A stretch of 64,000 nucleotides of DNA from contig CBDAOB010000005.1 of NCBI GenBank assembly GCA_965197905.1, positions 1,536,001-1,600,000 of the forward strand, given 5' to 3'. Shown here one piece after another: positions 49,526 through 59,673 of this stretch. Position numbers and translations under genes: made by a program. The DNA is from Candidatus Latescibacterota bacterium (lineage in GTDB: Bacteria; Latescibacterota; UBA2968; UBA8231). Each line of letters starts with the position of its first letter. Within the stretch, counting starts at the first letter, position 1. The notes beneath the pieces are model-generated. The model did no database searches, was not told the origin of the DNA, and saw only the letters and a list, made by a program, of their open reading frames with translations.

Positions 49526-51610
49526 ATGATTCAAAGAATCGAAAAGGAATTTGGCGGCCGCACCCTGTCCATAGAGACTGGAAGAGTCGCCAACCAGGCG
49601 AATGGAGCCGTATGGATCCAGTACGGAGAGACGATCGTCCTGGTCACGGCCTGCCGAACGAAGAATGCTGAAGATCGCGGATTTCTACCTCTTACCGTCG
49701 ACTACCGCGAGAAGTCGTACGCCGGCGGGCGCATTCCCGGCAACATCTTCAAGCGCGAAGCCAGACCAACCGAAAAGGAGACCTTGAGCGCCCGGCTCAC
49801 GGATCACCAGATCCGTCCCATGTTCCCGAAGGGTTTCCCATATGAGGTGCAGGTCTATATCACAGTGCTTTCCGTGGATGGCGAAAACGATGCCGATGTG
49901 CTCGGGATGTTGGGAGCATCGGCGGCGTTGTGCATATCTGATATCTGTTTCGAAGGACCCATGGGGGCAGTGAGGGTTGGGCGGGTCGATGGCAATTTCG
50001 TAATCAATCCTACTTACGAGCAGCTGGAGGAAAGCGATTTGGACCTGATTGTTTCAGGTACGGCTGACTCTATCGCCAGCGTCGAGGGTGGGGCCCACGA
50101 AATATTGGAAGCGGATCTCTTGGAGGCTTTAAAGTTCGGCCACGAGCATATTCGCGCACTTGTCGAATTTCAAGGCGATCTGGTCGCAAAAGTCGGTAAG
50201 CCGAAGTTGAAGTTTGAAGCTCGTCCCATCGATGAAGAGCTTGCCAACGCAGTCGAGGAGCTGTCGAAAGACAAGATCTCGGCGGCGAATCGCACCGAAG
50301 GCAAAGAAGCCCGCGAGTCACAATTCGATGAGCTGAAGACCGACACGATCGACCAGTTGAACGAGCGTTTTCCGGAGGCCGAGAGGCAGATAGCCGATGT
50401 TCTGGATGACCTCGCCAAGAAAGACATGCGGCGCATGATCATCGAGAACAAACGACGAATCGATGGACGGGCGCTTAACGAGGTGCGGCCAATCAATTGC
50501 GAGACCGGATTGCTGCCCCGGGCGCACGGGTCGGCTCTCTTCACCCGCGGCGAAACCCAGGCCTTGTGCACCTCGACGCTAGGTACCAAGATGGACGAGC
50601 GCATGGCTGACGATCTTCGCGGCAAGACGTTCAAGTCTTACTTTCTCGATTACAATTTTCCGGCCTTCAGTGTTGGCGAGGTCAAGTTCGAACGCGGACC
50701 CGGGCGCCGAGATTACGGCCACGGACACCTGGCCGAGCGCGCTCTCGAGCCGGTGATTCCAGCGGTCGATTCGTTCCCCTACACTATTCGGTTGGTTTCG
50801 GATATAACGGAATCGAACAGTTCCAGTTCCATGGCTTCGGTATGCGGGTGCTCCCTGGCTTTGATGGAGGCGGGGATCCCGATTCGGACTCACGTGAGTG
50901 GGGCGGGTGTGGGGCTGGTCACCGAGGGTGACGACTGGGAGTTGCTGACGGATATTCAAGGAGCCGAGGATTTTCTCGGAGACATGGACCTCAAGGTTGC
51001 GGGCACCGAAGACGGGATCACCGCGATCCAAATGGATATCAAGATCCGCGGCATCAGCTTCGAGATAATGGAACAGGCCTTGGAGCGGGCTTTCGAAGGG
51101 CGCATGCACATACTCGATATCATGAAGGAGTGTATTGCCGAACATCGTCCCGAACTGTCCAAGCATGCTCCAAGAATCGAATTCATGAAAATCGACCCTT
51201 CGAAGATCGGCACCGTTATCGGCCCAGGAGGGAAGATGATTCGCGAGATTGAAAGCTACGGTGTAACCGTTACGGTAGAGGACGACGGGACCATAACGAT
51301 TTCGTCTGCCGATTCGGAGGCGTCCAACCAGGCACGCAGCACCATTGAGGCACTCACTTCCGACGCGGAAATTGGCAAGGTCTACAAGGGCACCGTGCGC
51401 AGCATAAAACCGTTCGGCGCCTTCGTCGAGATTTTGCCAGGTAAGGACGGCTTGTTGCACATATCCGAGCTTGCCCATCGACGGATTGACCGGGTCGAGG
51501 ATGTGGTTAAGGAGGGACAAAACATCGAAGTCAAGGTCCTAGACATCGATCCCGGTGGTAAGATTCGACTTAGCCATAAGGCGCTTCTTACCAAGGATAG
51601 CGACAAGTAA
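49526..51610 (+). CDS. pnp: Polyribonucleotide nucleotidyltransferase
   Basis: PLTVDY, HGSALFTRGETQ, GDMD.KVAGT, KH and S1 domains. Confidence 0.98.
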   Translation: MIQRIEKEFGGRTLSIETGRVANQANGAVWIQYGETIVLVTACRTKNAEDRGFLPLTVDYREKSYAGGRIPGNIFKREARPTEKETLSARLTDHQIRPMFPKGFPYEVQVYITVLSVDGENDADVLGMLGASAALCISDICFEGPMGAVRVGRVDGNFVINPTYEQLEESDLDLIVSGTADSIASVEGGAHEILEADLLEALKFGHEHIRALVEFQGDLVAKVGKPKLKFEARPIDEELANAVEELSKDKISAANRTEGKEARESQFDELKTDTIDQLNERFPEAERQIADVLDDLAKKDMRRMIIENKRRIDGRALNEVRPINCETGLLPRAHGSALFTRGETQALCTSTLGTKMDERMADDLRGKTFKSYFLDYNFPAFSVGEVKFERGPGRRDYGHGHLAERALEPVIPAVDSFPYTIRLVSDITESNSSSSMASVCGCSLALMEAGIPIRTHVSGAGVGLVTEGDDWELLTDIQGAEDFLGDMDLKVAGTEDGITAIQMDIKIRGISFEIMEQALERAFEGRMHILDIMKECIAEHRPELSKHAPRIEFMKIDPSKIGTVIGPGGKMIREIESYGVTVTVEDDGTITISSADSEASNQARSTIEALTSDAEIGKVYKGTVRSIKPFGAFVEILPGKDGLLHISELAHRRIDRVEDVVKEGQNIEVKVLDIDPGGKIRLSHKALLTKDSDK

Positions 51611-51635
51611 CCCGGATTTCTCAGGAGTGATTTTC

Positions 51636-51666
51636 AAGACTATCGGAGAAATCCGATAGTCTTTTC
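51636..51666 (+). terminator. Terminator-like hairpin between pnp and asnS
   Basis: AAGACTATCGGA-GAAA-TCCGATAGTCTT followed by TT. Confidence 0.65.
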
Positions 51667-51688
51667 CATTTTATGGACACAGTTTGAC

Positions 51689-52981
51689 ATGGCACAGACC
51701 AGAGTCTTCAAGGTAGGTGATCACGAGGGTCGGGAGATCGAGCTGCGCGGATGGCTTTACAACAAGCGATCGAGCGGCAAGCTCCACTTTCTCCAGCTTC
51801 GCGATGGAAGCGGCACGATTCAGTGCGTCGTATTCAAGGGGGACGTCGAGCCTGATGTGTTCGAACTCTGTGAAGAGATTCCCAACGAATCCTCGTTGGT
51901 AGTTCGGGGATCTGTACGCAAGGATGACCGCTCGCCTCTGGGATTCGAGATCGGCGTTTCCGCTGTAGAATGCCTACAGAAGGCGGAGCCCTACCCGATC
52001 ACGCCCAAATCTCACGGCGTTGCTTTTCTGATGGACCATCGCCACCTCTGGCTGCGGTCGACGCGACCAAATGCCATTCTTCGGATACGCAGCGAGGTAG
52101 TCAAAGCATGCAGGGATTTCATGGAGGAGAGGGAATTCACTCTGGTTGATGCACCCATTTTTACTCCGGCTGCGTGCGAGGGCACGACTACGCTGTTCAG
52201 CACAGACTACTTCGGAGAAACGGCGTACCTGACGCAGAGCGGACAGCTCTATATGGAGGCAGCAGCCATGGCCTTCGGGAACGTTTACTGCCTGGGTCCG
52301 ACGTTTCGTTCGGAGAAATCGAAGACGCGCAGACACCTTACCGAATTCTGGATGATAGAGCCGGAAATGGCGTACTGCGATTTGGAGGGGGACATGGATT
52401 TGGCGGAAGAAATGGTCCGCTATGTGGTTCTCCGGGTCCTGGAACGCAGGAAGACGGAGCTCGAGATTCTCGAGCGCGACCTCTCCTCGTTGGAAAAGAT
52501 TACACAGCCATTCGCACGTATCAGCTACGACGATGCGATCGCGATTCTAGCCAACAAGGGGATACCCTTCCAGTGGGGTACGGATTTGGGTGGTGATGAT
52601 GAGACAGTCGTTTCGAAGGAATTCGGGACACCGGTGATCGTACATCGTTATCCTAGGAAGGTCAAAGCGTTCTATATGAAGGAAGACGAATCAAATCCCG
52701 ATCTGGCTCTATGCATGGATATGCTCGCTCCGGAGGGATACGGAGAGATCATCGGTGGGGGGCAAAGGGAGGACGACCTGGCAATCCTGCAACGGAAACT
52801 GGAAGATCACGATCTTCCGAAGGAAGCGTTCGAATGGTACCTCGATCTTCGCCGCTATGGTTCGGTTCCCCACGCGGGTTTCGGCATGGGCATTGAAAGG
52901 GTCGTTTCCTGGATATGTGGACTACACCACGTCAGGGAGACCATACCATTTCCGCGCACAATGCAGAGAATCTACCCATGA
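51689..52981 (+). CDS. asnS: Asparagine--tRNA ligase
   Basis: [35 protein letters not shown]. Confidence 0.93.
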   Translation: MAQTRVFKVGDHEGREIELRGWLYNKRSSGKLHFLQLRDGSGTIQCVVFKGDVEPDVFELCEEIPNESSLVVRGSVRKDDRSPLGFEIGVSAVECLQKAEPYPITPKSHGVAFLMDHRHLWLRSTRPNAILRIRSEVVKACRDFMEEREFTLVDAPIFTPAACEGTTTLFSTDYFGETAYLTQSGQLYMEAAAMAFGNVYCLGPTFRSEKSKTRRHLTEFWMIEPEMAYCDLEGDMDLAEEMVRYVVLRVLERRKTELEILERDLSSLEKITQPFARISYDDAIAILANKGIPFQWGTDLGGDDETVVSKEFGTPVIVHRYPRKVKAFYMKEDESNPDLALCMDMLAPEGYGEIIGGGQREDDLAILQRKLEDHDLPKEAFEWYLDLRRYGSVPHAGFGMGIERVVSWICGLHHVRETIPFPRTMQRIYP

Positions 52982-55890
52982 ACGCCAACCAAGAGCGAAC
53001 AGATAACACAGCCTCGGGTTCCTACGATTTTCGGGAGATCGAGAGGCGCTGGCGCACCTATTGGTTAGAGCAGAAGACCTTCAAGACGAACGGGCCGGGG
53101 GAGGAAGGGTTTGATCAGTCCTGCCCCAAATGTTACGTGCTCGACATGTTTCCGTATACGAGCGGATCTGGTCTGCACATGGGTCACCCCAAGGGGTACA
53201 TCGCCAGCGATATCTACTGCCGCTTCAAACGCATGCAGGGTTTCAACGTTCTCCATCCCATGGGCTTCGACAGTTTCGGTCTCCCTGCCGAGCAGTACGC
53301 CATAGAGCACAACGTGCATCCGGCGGCGGCTACCGAGGAGAACATCGATATCATTCGCAGCCAGCTGCAATACCTGGGGATGGCCTACGACTGGGATAGG
53401 GAAATCGCCACCTCTCGTAGCGAGTATTACAAATGGACGCAGTGGATCTTTCTGCAGATCTACGACTCCTGGTTCGACTCGGACTGCGAGTGGATCAACG
53501 CTTCCGGTCGCCGAGTTCAGGGCCGCGCTCGTCCCGTGTCCGAGCTGATTGCGGATTTCGAGTCGGGTGCCCGGTCGCCGAGTGCGGACGACCTGGAGAC
53601 GTTGAGCGGCGACCGTTCCGTGTGGAGTGAGCTCTCAGAAGAGGAACACCATCAGGTCCTGAACAATTACCGGTTGGCTTATCAGAAGGAAGTTACGGTG
53701 AACTGGTGCCCCGGGTTGGGCACCGTTCTGGCCAACGAAGAGGTGACTAACGAGGGCAAAAGCGAGCGTGGTGATTTTCCGGTGTACAAGAAACCGCTGA
53801 GGCAGTGGATGATGCGGATTACGGAATACGCGGACCGGTTGCTGGCGGATCTCGATTCCACGTCACTCCCTGCAGGAAACGGAGAGACGTTCGAACTGAA
53901 CTGGCCTGAACCCATAAAACTCATGCAACGGAATTGGATCGGTCGCAGTGAAGGGGCAGATGTGCTGTTCGATCTGCTCGACGAGGCCGGAACAACTGTA
54001 CAGCAGCTGAACGTATTCACCACGAGGCCGGACACCCTTTTTGGTGCGACATTCATGGTGTTGGCACCCGAGCATCCATTGCTGGCGCCTGAATCCGAGC
54101 TGTTCGCCGTTCCGGAAGTATGGCCTGCAGGGACCGACGAGAGTTGGAAGGGTGACGACGGGGCGTTGGCAATCAGGGGTGCCATCGCAGCGTACATCGC
54201 CGCCGCTGCCTCCCGGTCTGCGCCGGACAGAGAGGAACGCGAGAAGACTGGGGTGTTCACAGGTATCATGGCGCGGAATCCCGTAAACGATCGGGAGATT
54301 CCGGTATTCGTAGCGGATTACGTGAGTATGGAATATGGCTCTGGGGCGATTATGGCCGTGCCGGCCCATGACGATCGAGATTTCGAGTTCGCCCGGAAAT
54401 ACGGTTTGGAGGTCGTGCAGGTCGTTTCAGACCCGAAAGCAGGATCGGAAGATTGTTTTACGGGGGAAGGCATCTCTATCAACTCGCCCGAGCTCAAGAA
54501 TGGTTCGTATGCCATCACAGGACTGCCAACAGGAGAAGCCGCAAAGACGATTGCGGCTGCGCTGGAGGCGTCCCAACGGGGCTGTCTGGCTGTGAACTAC
54601 AAACTGAGGGATTGGGTATTTTCCCGACAACGTTACTGGGGAGAGCCGTTCCCTTTGGTCCAGAGCAGCAATGGAAACGCCCTAACGACAGACATACCTG
54701 TTCTCCTGCCCGAAATGGACGACTTCCAACCCGCGATCTCCGACGATCCAGACCAGCCGGTGACACCGCCGCTGTCGCGAGCGCCGGAGGCATGGAGCAT
54801 GGTGGAGATCGATGGGGTGAACTACTGCAGGGAATTGAACGTGATGCCCCAGTGGGCTGGTTCCTGCTGGTACTTTCTACGGTTCATCGATCCGCATAAC
54901 AGCGAGGCCTTTTGTGCGAAAGATAAAGAGGCCTTGTTCATGCCGGTCGATCTCTATATCGGCGGCGCTGAACATGCGGTCCTACACCTGTTGTACACGA
55001 GGTTCTGGCACAAAGTTCTGTTCGATCTGGGGCACGTCTCAACGCCGGAGCCGTTCAAGAAACTGTTCAACCAGGGCATGATAACCGCCGATGCGTTCGT
55101 TGACGAGCGTGGCGCCTACGTGGATATCCGCGAGGTGGAAACTCGCGATGGGGAAGCGGTGCACGTCCCCTCGGGCAAGACTCTGCAACGTTTCTCGGGG
55201 AAGATGGGAAAGCGGTACAAAAACGGACTGCCTCCGGAGGAGGTCGGAGACGAATTCGGGGTCGATACGTTTCGGCTCTACGAGATGTATATGGGTCCGC
55301 TGGATGCAGGAGCGCCATGGAGCATGGAGGGCATTCGCGGCATGCAGCGCTTTCTGCAGCGGGTGTGGCGCAACTTCGTCGATCAGGACCGCAAAGCAAA
55401 GAGGGGAGGGGAACTCGCGGTCGAACTGGAAAAGAGGTTACACAAAACAATAAAAAAGGTCGCCGAAGATATAGAGGCGCTTCGATTCAATACAGCTATT
55501 GCGGCACTTATAGAGCTCAACAACGAATTGGTGCAGGCGGAGGAACACCACGACACCCTGGCGCGAACCTTTTTTCTCTTGCTGGCCCCCCTGGCTCCAC
55601 ACATCGCCGAGGAGTTGTGGGTTCTGTGGGGGTTCGGCAACGGGGACATATCATGCCAGCCCTGGCCTGTAGTGGATGCCAATCTGATAGTCGAGGAGAC
55701 TGTGGTGTTGCCGATTCAGATCAATGGCAAGGTACGAGGCAGCATCGAGGTTCCGGTTGACATCGCGGAAGCGGAACTGCGAAGAGAAATTCTGGATATG
55801 GAGAACATCCGCAAACACATTCCCGATCCATCGCTGGTGGCACGTTTTATACTGGTGCCGAAGCGCATCGTCAATATTGTGGTCAAATAA
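52978..55890 (+). CDS. leuS: Leucine--tRNA ligase
   Basis: MFPY.SG.GLHMGH, QRNWIG.S.G, TTRPDT, SRQRYWG, GG.EHA..HLLY. Confidence 0.97.
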   Translation: MNANQERTDNTASGSYDFREIERRWRTYWLEQKTFKTNGPGEEGFDQSCPKCYVLDMFPYTSGSGLHMGHPKGYIASDIYCRFKRMQGFNVLHPMGFDSFGLPAEQYAIEHNVHPAAATEENIDIIRSQLQYLGMAYDWDREIATSRSEYYKWTQWIFLQIYDSWFDSDCEWINASGRRVQGRARPVSELIADFESGARSPSADDLETLSGDRSVWSELSEEEHHQVLNNYRLAYQKEVTVNWCPGLGTVLANEEVTNEGKSERGDFPVYKKPLRQWMMRITEYADRLLADLDSTSLPAGNGETFELNWPEPIKLMQRNWIGRSEGADVLFDLLDEAGTTVQQLNVFTTRPDTLFGATFMVLAPEHPLLAPESELFAVPEVWPAGTDESWKGDDGALAIRGAIAAYIAAAASRSAPDREEREKTGVFTGIMARNPVNDREIPVFVADYVSMEYGSGAIMAVPAHDDRDFEFARKYGLEVVQVVSDPKAGSEDCFTGEGISINSPELKNGSYAITGLPTGEAAKTIAAALEASQRGCLAVNYKLRDWVFSRQRYWGEPFPLVQSSNGNALTTDIPVLLPEMDDFQPAISDDPDQPVTPPLSRAPEAWSMVEIDGVNYCRELNVMPQWAGSCWYFLRFIDPHNSEAFCAKDKEALFMPVDLYIGGAEHAVLHLLYTRFWHKVLFDLGHVSTPEPFKKLFNQGMITADAFVDERGAYVDIREVETRDGEAVHVPSGKTLQRFSGKMGKRYKNGLPPEEVGDEFGVDTFRLYEMYMGPLDAGAPWSMEGIRGMQRFLQRVWRNFVDQDRKAKRGGELAVELEKRLHKTIKKVAEDIEALRFNTAIAALIELNNELVQAEEHHDTLARTFFLLLAPLAPHIAEELWVLWGFGNGDISCQPWPVVDANLIVEETVVLPIQINGKVRGSIEVPVDIAEAELRREILDMENIRKHIPDPSLVARFILVPKRIVNIVVK

Positions 55891-55947
55891 GCAGTAGTCC
55901 TATGTTTAGTCTCAATTTCTCTATTCTGTGCGATGATTGTATCTTGA

Positions 55948-55975
55948 GCAGCGTATAATGTATAATATGTTACTT
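55948..55975. other. dif-like Xer recombination site
   Basis: GCAGCGTATAA-TGTATA-ATATGTTACTT versus E. coli dif GGTGCGCATAA-TGTATA-TTATGTTAAAT; lies where + and - gene blocks converge. Confidence 0.7.
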
Positions 55976-55996
55976 AGATGCCCCAAAAGCTTGTAT

Positions 55997-56935
55997 TCAG
56001 GAGATGTGAATGTAATCTGAAGCATTGTCTGTCAGCTTTTCCCGGTTTTCGTAATAACGCATGGTTGTCTTGAGATCCTTGTGGCGCAGATGTGCTTGAA
56101 CCTGTTGTGGTTTGGCTCCGCCCTCAATCGCCAGCGTGCAGCAGGTGTGTCGGAACATGTGGGCGGTTACGACGCGAGACAAACCGGCCCGGTTGGCGTA
56201 TTTCTTGACGATGAGATTGATCGACTGATCGCTGAGCGGCTTTCCGTGGGACTGATTCCGCGAAAGGCTGATAAACGCCTTCAGCTTCGCCTCGTACCCG
56301 CGGGCCAAGAGTGCCTGTCTGTAGAGGCTAAGGTAATGGGAAACAACGGGTTGTATCTTGATATCCTGGGGAACCCCGCTTTTAGTCTCGGGCAACTTCA
56401 AAACCGTAAATGCACCCTCCTTGGAGAGATCTTCCCATGAGATATTAGCCGCTTCCGAGCGGCGCAATCCGCCATAGGTGAGCAAATGCAGCAAGGCTTC
56501 GTCGCGGCTGCGAACCAGATCATCCTGCTCCTCTCGGACCGCGTCGAGTATGCTCTTGATAGCTTTGTTCGATATCGCTTTTCCGGTCAGATTGTCCTCC
56601 ACCCGGTAACCCCTTACGAGGGTTGCGTCGGCCGGATTATTCTCCACAAGTCCTGCCGCTAACAGCATGCGGAAGAAGGCTTTAAGGCTCGAAAGCTTGC
56701 GGTTGATCGTGGTTCGCTTGTATCCAGATTCAGCCAGCTCGTTGCGAAACGCGATGATGTCGTGGAAGGCAATCTGACGGATTTCCGTCATTGTGGCGTT
56801 TTCGTTGCCGAAGAAGTGGACGAGGTCTCGTTTATAGGCTCGACGGGTGCGCTCGGACAGTTGGCCGGCGAGGAACTGCTGCAGCGGTGCCTCGGCAACG
56901 GGCGCCAGAACGGACTGGGTTGTTAGCTGGGTCAA
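55997..56935 (-). CDS. Xer-like tyrosine recombinase
   Basis: SAM-like N-domain (T.RAY..DL, TINRKLSSL), GLRRSE, TK, HMFRH, LRH, TTMRY. Confidence 0.9.
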   Translation of the reverse strand: MTQLTTQSVLAPVAEAPLQQFLAGQLSERTRRAYKRDLVHFFGNENATMTEIRQIAFHDIIAFRNELAESGYKRTTINRKLSSLKAFFRMLLAAGLVENNPADATLVRGYRVEDNLTGKAISNKAIKSILDAVREEQDDLVRSRDEALLHLLTYGGLRRSEAANISWEDLSKEGAFTVLKLPETKSGVPQDIKIQPVVSHYLSLYRQALLARGYEAKLKAFISLSRNQSHGKPLSDQSINLIVKKYANRAGLSRVVTAHMFRHTCCTLAIEGGAKPQQVQAHLRHKDLKTTMRYYENREKLTDNASDYIHIS

Positions 56936-56945
56936 TGTTTTTACA

Positions 56946-57659
56946 GAGCTTGGGTCAAATGGTGTGTAAACGACTCAGGCGGCAATCTTCTTCCTTTGCG
57001 CGATGTGTGATCCATTTTCTTTTGACGTAGATCCGGTCTGCCCAGGCGTACACCAGCTCGCGGTCATCCAGCCGTCGGCTGCGCCAAGCGTGGTATTCGA
57101 CGATCCACTTATCCCGCAAACGCGCGATTGAGGACGGCGACAGCGGCGCTCCCGCTCCCAGCAGGCCGCGCAGCGCCAGCTCGAAGTCGCCTTGGGACAG
57201 ACCGTGCAGATACAGTTCCGGCAACAGCTGACCCACCTCCTTCGTACGCCGCGCAAACAGCGGCAGAATGGCGCTCTCGAAGCGCTCTTCCAGACCTCGC
57301 ACGCGTGGACGTTTTACCTCGATCGTGCCCGAGGTACAGGACAGTCGCCGCCGCTTCCCGTAGCCATTTCGATAGCCGCCGGGTGCGTCCAACGGGGCCT
57401 GACGCTGGTAGCGCGACCGCCCCAGCACCTGCGTCACTTCTTCATCCAAAACCGACTGCATCAAAGACTGAATCTGCGACCGCGTCCACGCTTCCAACGT
57501 TTCGAACGTGGGCATGGACATTTCCGCGGTGCTCAGCTTAGGTTGTGGCATGGCGATTCTCCTCTTCCTGCCGGGACAGCCCCGGCGCGTGTAATGTCTA
57601 ATTACAAAGGAAGGGTCGGATCGCCTTCTGTGTATTTCCACACCTTTTGATTATAGCTC
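56946..57659 (-). mobile_element. Internally deleted IS256-family element (714 bp) with both IRs and an 8-bp TSD
   Basis: Ends GAGCTTGGGTCAAATGGTGTGTAAA and (reverse complement) GAGCTATAATCAAAAGGTGTGGAAA; TTTTTACA at 56938-56945 and 57660-57667; transposase fragment (YRNGY, PRVR, LYLHGLS) at 56955-57551. Confidence 0.88.
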
Positions 57660-57780
57660 TTTTTACATTTTACAAGTGTTACAAAGGGGCAGGATTGAGC
57701 GCGGCGAGTATATTCTGCTAGGGAATGGTAAATATAAGGACGCGCGGTCAGATTGTCACTTCAACATCCTTATAGCTCCA

Positions 57781-57810
57781 AACTAACGATAACGGGTATT
57801 ATCGTTAGTT
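57781..57810. other. Perfect 12-6-12 palindrome, tyrosine-recombinase core-site-like
   Basis: AACTAACGATAA-CGGGTA-TTATCGTTAGTT. Confidence 0.65.
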
Positions 57811-57852
57811 AGATTTGGGGAGTATGAAACCCGCCAAGTAGCGTTTGACGGC

Positions 57853-59646
57853 TCAGGTGCGCTCAAAATGTCGGTCCAGCTCGGTCAGCGGAATCCGCAA
57901 GATGATCGGTCGTCCGTGTGGGCAGACGTTTGGCTTTCTGGTATTGAGAAGCCGCTGCACCAGAACCCGCATTTCCGACTCCGAGAGCTTCTCGCCCGCT
58001 CTGATCGAGGTATGACATGCGTATGAGGCTGCCACCGCTTCTTTAAGAGTGTCTCGGATCTCCTTTTCCTCAAGGATTTCCGATACGATCCGGTGAAACA
58101 AAACGCCGTCATCCCAGTTGTTCAGGTTGGCAGGTATGGAATCAACTATGACGCTGTTGGGCCCAAAATCGCGGATACCGAAACCGAGCTTTGTCAGCAG
58201 TTTACGGCTTTCGCGAATCGCTTCCATCTCCGTGTGATCTCCGCCGACGGTGAGTGGAAACAACAGCTGCTGGGAGGTGACGTTCTCGGCCTCGAAAGAG
58301 TCTATGGCTTCCTCGTAGCGGATGCGTTCGTGCGCCACGTGTTGATCGACGATCATAAGTCCGTCGCTCGACGGAGCCATGATGTATTTTCGATGGACTT
58401 GCCAGATCGGGCTGTCGTCAGAAAGTCCATCTCTGCCCGGCGAAACAACCCTCTCGAGACCGGTATGCTCCTCTACTACACCTTTTGACTGTGGCACTTG
58501 CAATTGGAGTTGTCCCGGGTCTTCGTCGGTACCTCGAGTTTTGAATCGAACGACAGACAAATCGGTGAGTTCGGTACCTCCCTCTCCGCGGTAGAGACCG
58601 GTGGGACTCGACTCTGTCACTCGGTCCGCCAACGCAACCGCGCGACCGGGAGCGCCTTCCCTGCCCAGAGTATCCATCAACGCGCTGTGAACAGCCGCTT
58701 CCAATCGTGAGCCAATCTCCCGTTCGTTCGAAATTCTGATCTCTCTCTTGCTTGGATGCACGTTCATGTCGACGGAACGGGGTTGAACCGTCAGCCAAAC
58801 CAAAAATGAGGGATGCGAGTCTCTCGGCTGCAAACCGGCGTAGGCGCGGTAGACGGCCTGGCTCAGGGTCCGTGAAAAGACAGGTCGCCCCCCGACGATG
58901 ACGAATTGCTTGGCTTTGGAGCGCCCACATCTGTCTGGCCTGCTCAGATATCCCTCGATGCGAATCTCCTGGCCTTCGTCAGATACTCCGATCAGGTCGT
59001 TCGCAGATAACAACACTCCCCCGCGGGCTGCCGGGGTCCCTGGGTGCATCTCGACAATCGTTCGCTCGCCGTGGGAAAGAGTGAAACCGATCTGCGGACA
59101 GGCGGCACCAAGTTGCGATATAACCTGGGTAATATGGCGCATTTCAGTATCGACGCGGCGCAAAAATTTTCGTCTGGCCGGTGTGTTGAAAAATAGGTTG
59201 CGCACGTGTACGGTTGTACCGCGCGATCTGCCGATCGATTCAAGGGTCCGCCGGATCCCCCCTTCTATGACGAGGCGGGTGCCCGCAGCATCGTCACCGA
59301 AGCGGGATTCGATCGTCAATCTCGAGACAGCTGCGACGCTGGCGAGAGCCTCGCCGCGAAACCCCAAGGTTGCAATGTCAGAAAGATCAGCTGCAGATCT
59401 CAGTTTGCTGGTAGCGTGCCGCGCGACCGAGAGTTTGACGTCTTCAAGCTTCATGCCACTTCCGTCGTCCGTGACATGTATGGCATGTCGGCCGCCCTCC
59501 ACGACGTTTACGACGATGGTGCGTGCGCCAGCGTCGACGGAGTTTTCAATCAGTTCCTTTACCACCGAAGCGGGACGTTCGATCACCTCTCCCGCGGCGA
59601 TCTTTGAAACCATGCTGTCCGATAACACTTGAATCGTTGGGGCCAT
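57853..59646 (-). CDS. mutL: DNA mismatch repair protein MutL
   Basis: IAAGEVIERP, GFRGEAL, DQHVAHER, CPHGRP endonuclease motifs. Confidence 0.97.
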   Translation of the reverse strand: MAPTIQVLSDSMVSKIAAGEVIERPASVVKELIENSVDAGARTIVVNVVEGGRHAIHVTDDGSGMKLEDVKLSVARHATSKLRSAADLSDIATLGFRGEALASVAAVSRLTIESRFGDDAAGTRLVIEGGIRRTLESIGRSRGTTVHVRNLFFNTPARRKFLRRVDTEMRHITQVISQLGAACPQIGFTLSHGERTIVEMHPGTPAARGGVLLSANDLIGVSDEGQEIRIEGYLSRPDRCGRSKAKQFVIVGGRPVFSRTLSQAVYRAYAGLQPRDSHPSFLVWLTVQPRSVDMNVHPSKREIRISNEREIGSRLEAAVHSALMDTLGREGAPGRAVALADRVTESSPTGLYRGEGGTELTDLSVVRFKTRGTDEDPGQLQLQVPQSKGVVEEHTGLERVVSPGRDGLSDDSPIWQVHRKYIMAPSSDGLMIVDQHVAHERIRYEEAIDSFEAENVTSQQLLFPLTVGGDHTEMEAIRESRKLLTKLGFGIRDFGPNSVIVDSIPANLNNWDDGVLFHRIVSEILEEKEIRDTLKEAVAASYACHTSIRAGEKLSESEMRVLVQRLLNTRKPNVCPHGRPIILRIPLTELDRHFERT

Positions 59647-59673
59647 TTTTGGCAGTCTATTGCGCGGAACGCG

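Noticed and set aside
48722..55410. KOPS-like GGGNAGGG octamers pointing toward dif
   Set aside because: Only two seen, and opposite-orientation copies occur near 30075 and 37129; uninformative without a genome-wide count.
55997..56935. Integron integrase
   Set aside because: It lacks the IntI-specific insertion, and no attC cassette array is adjacent.
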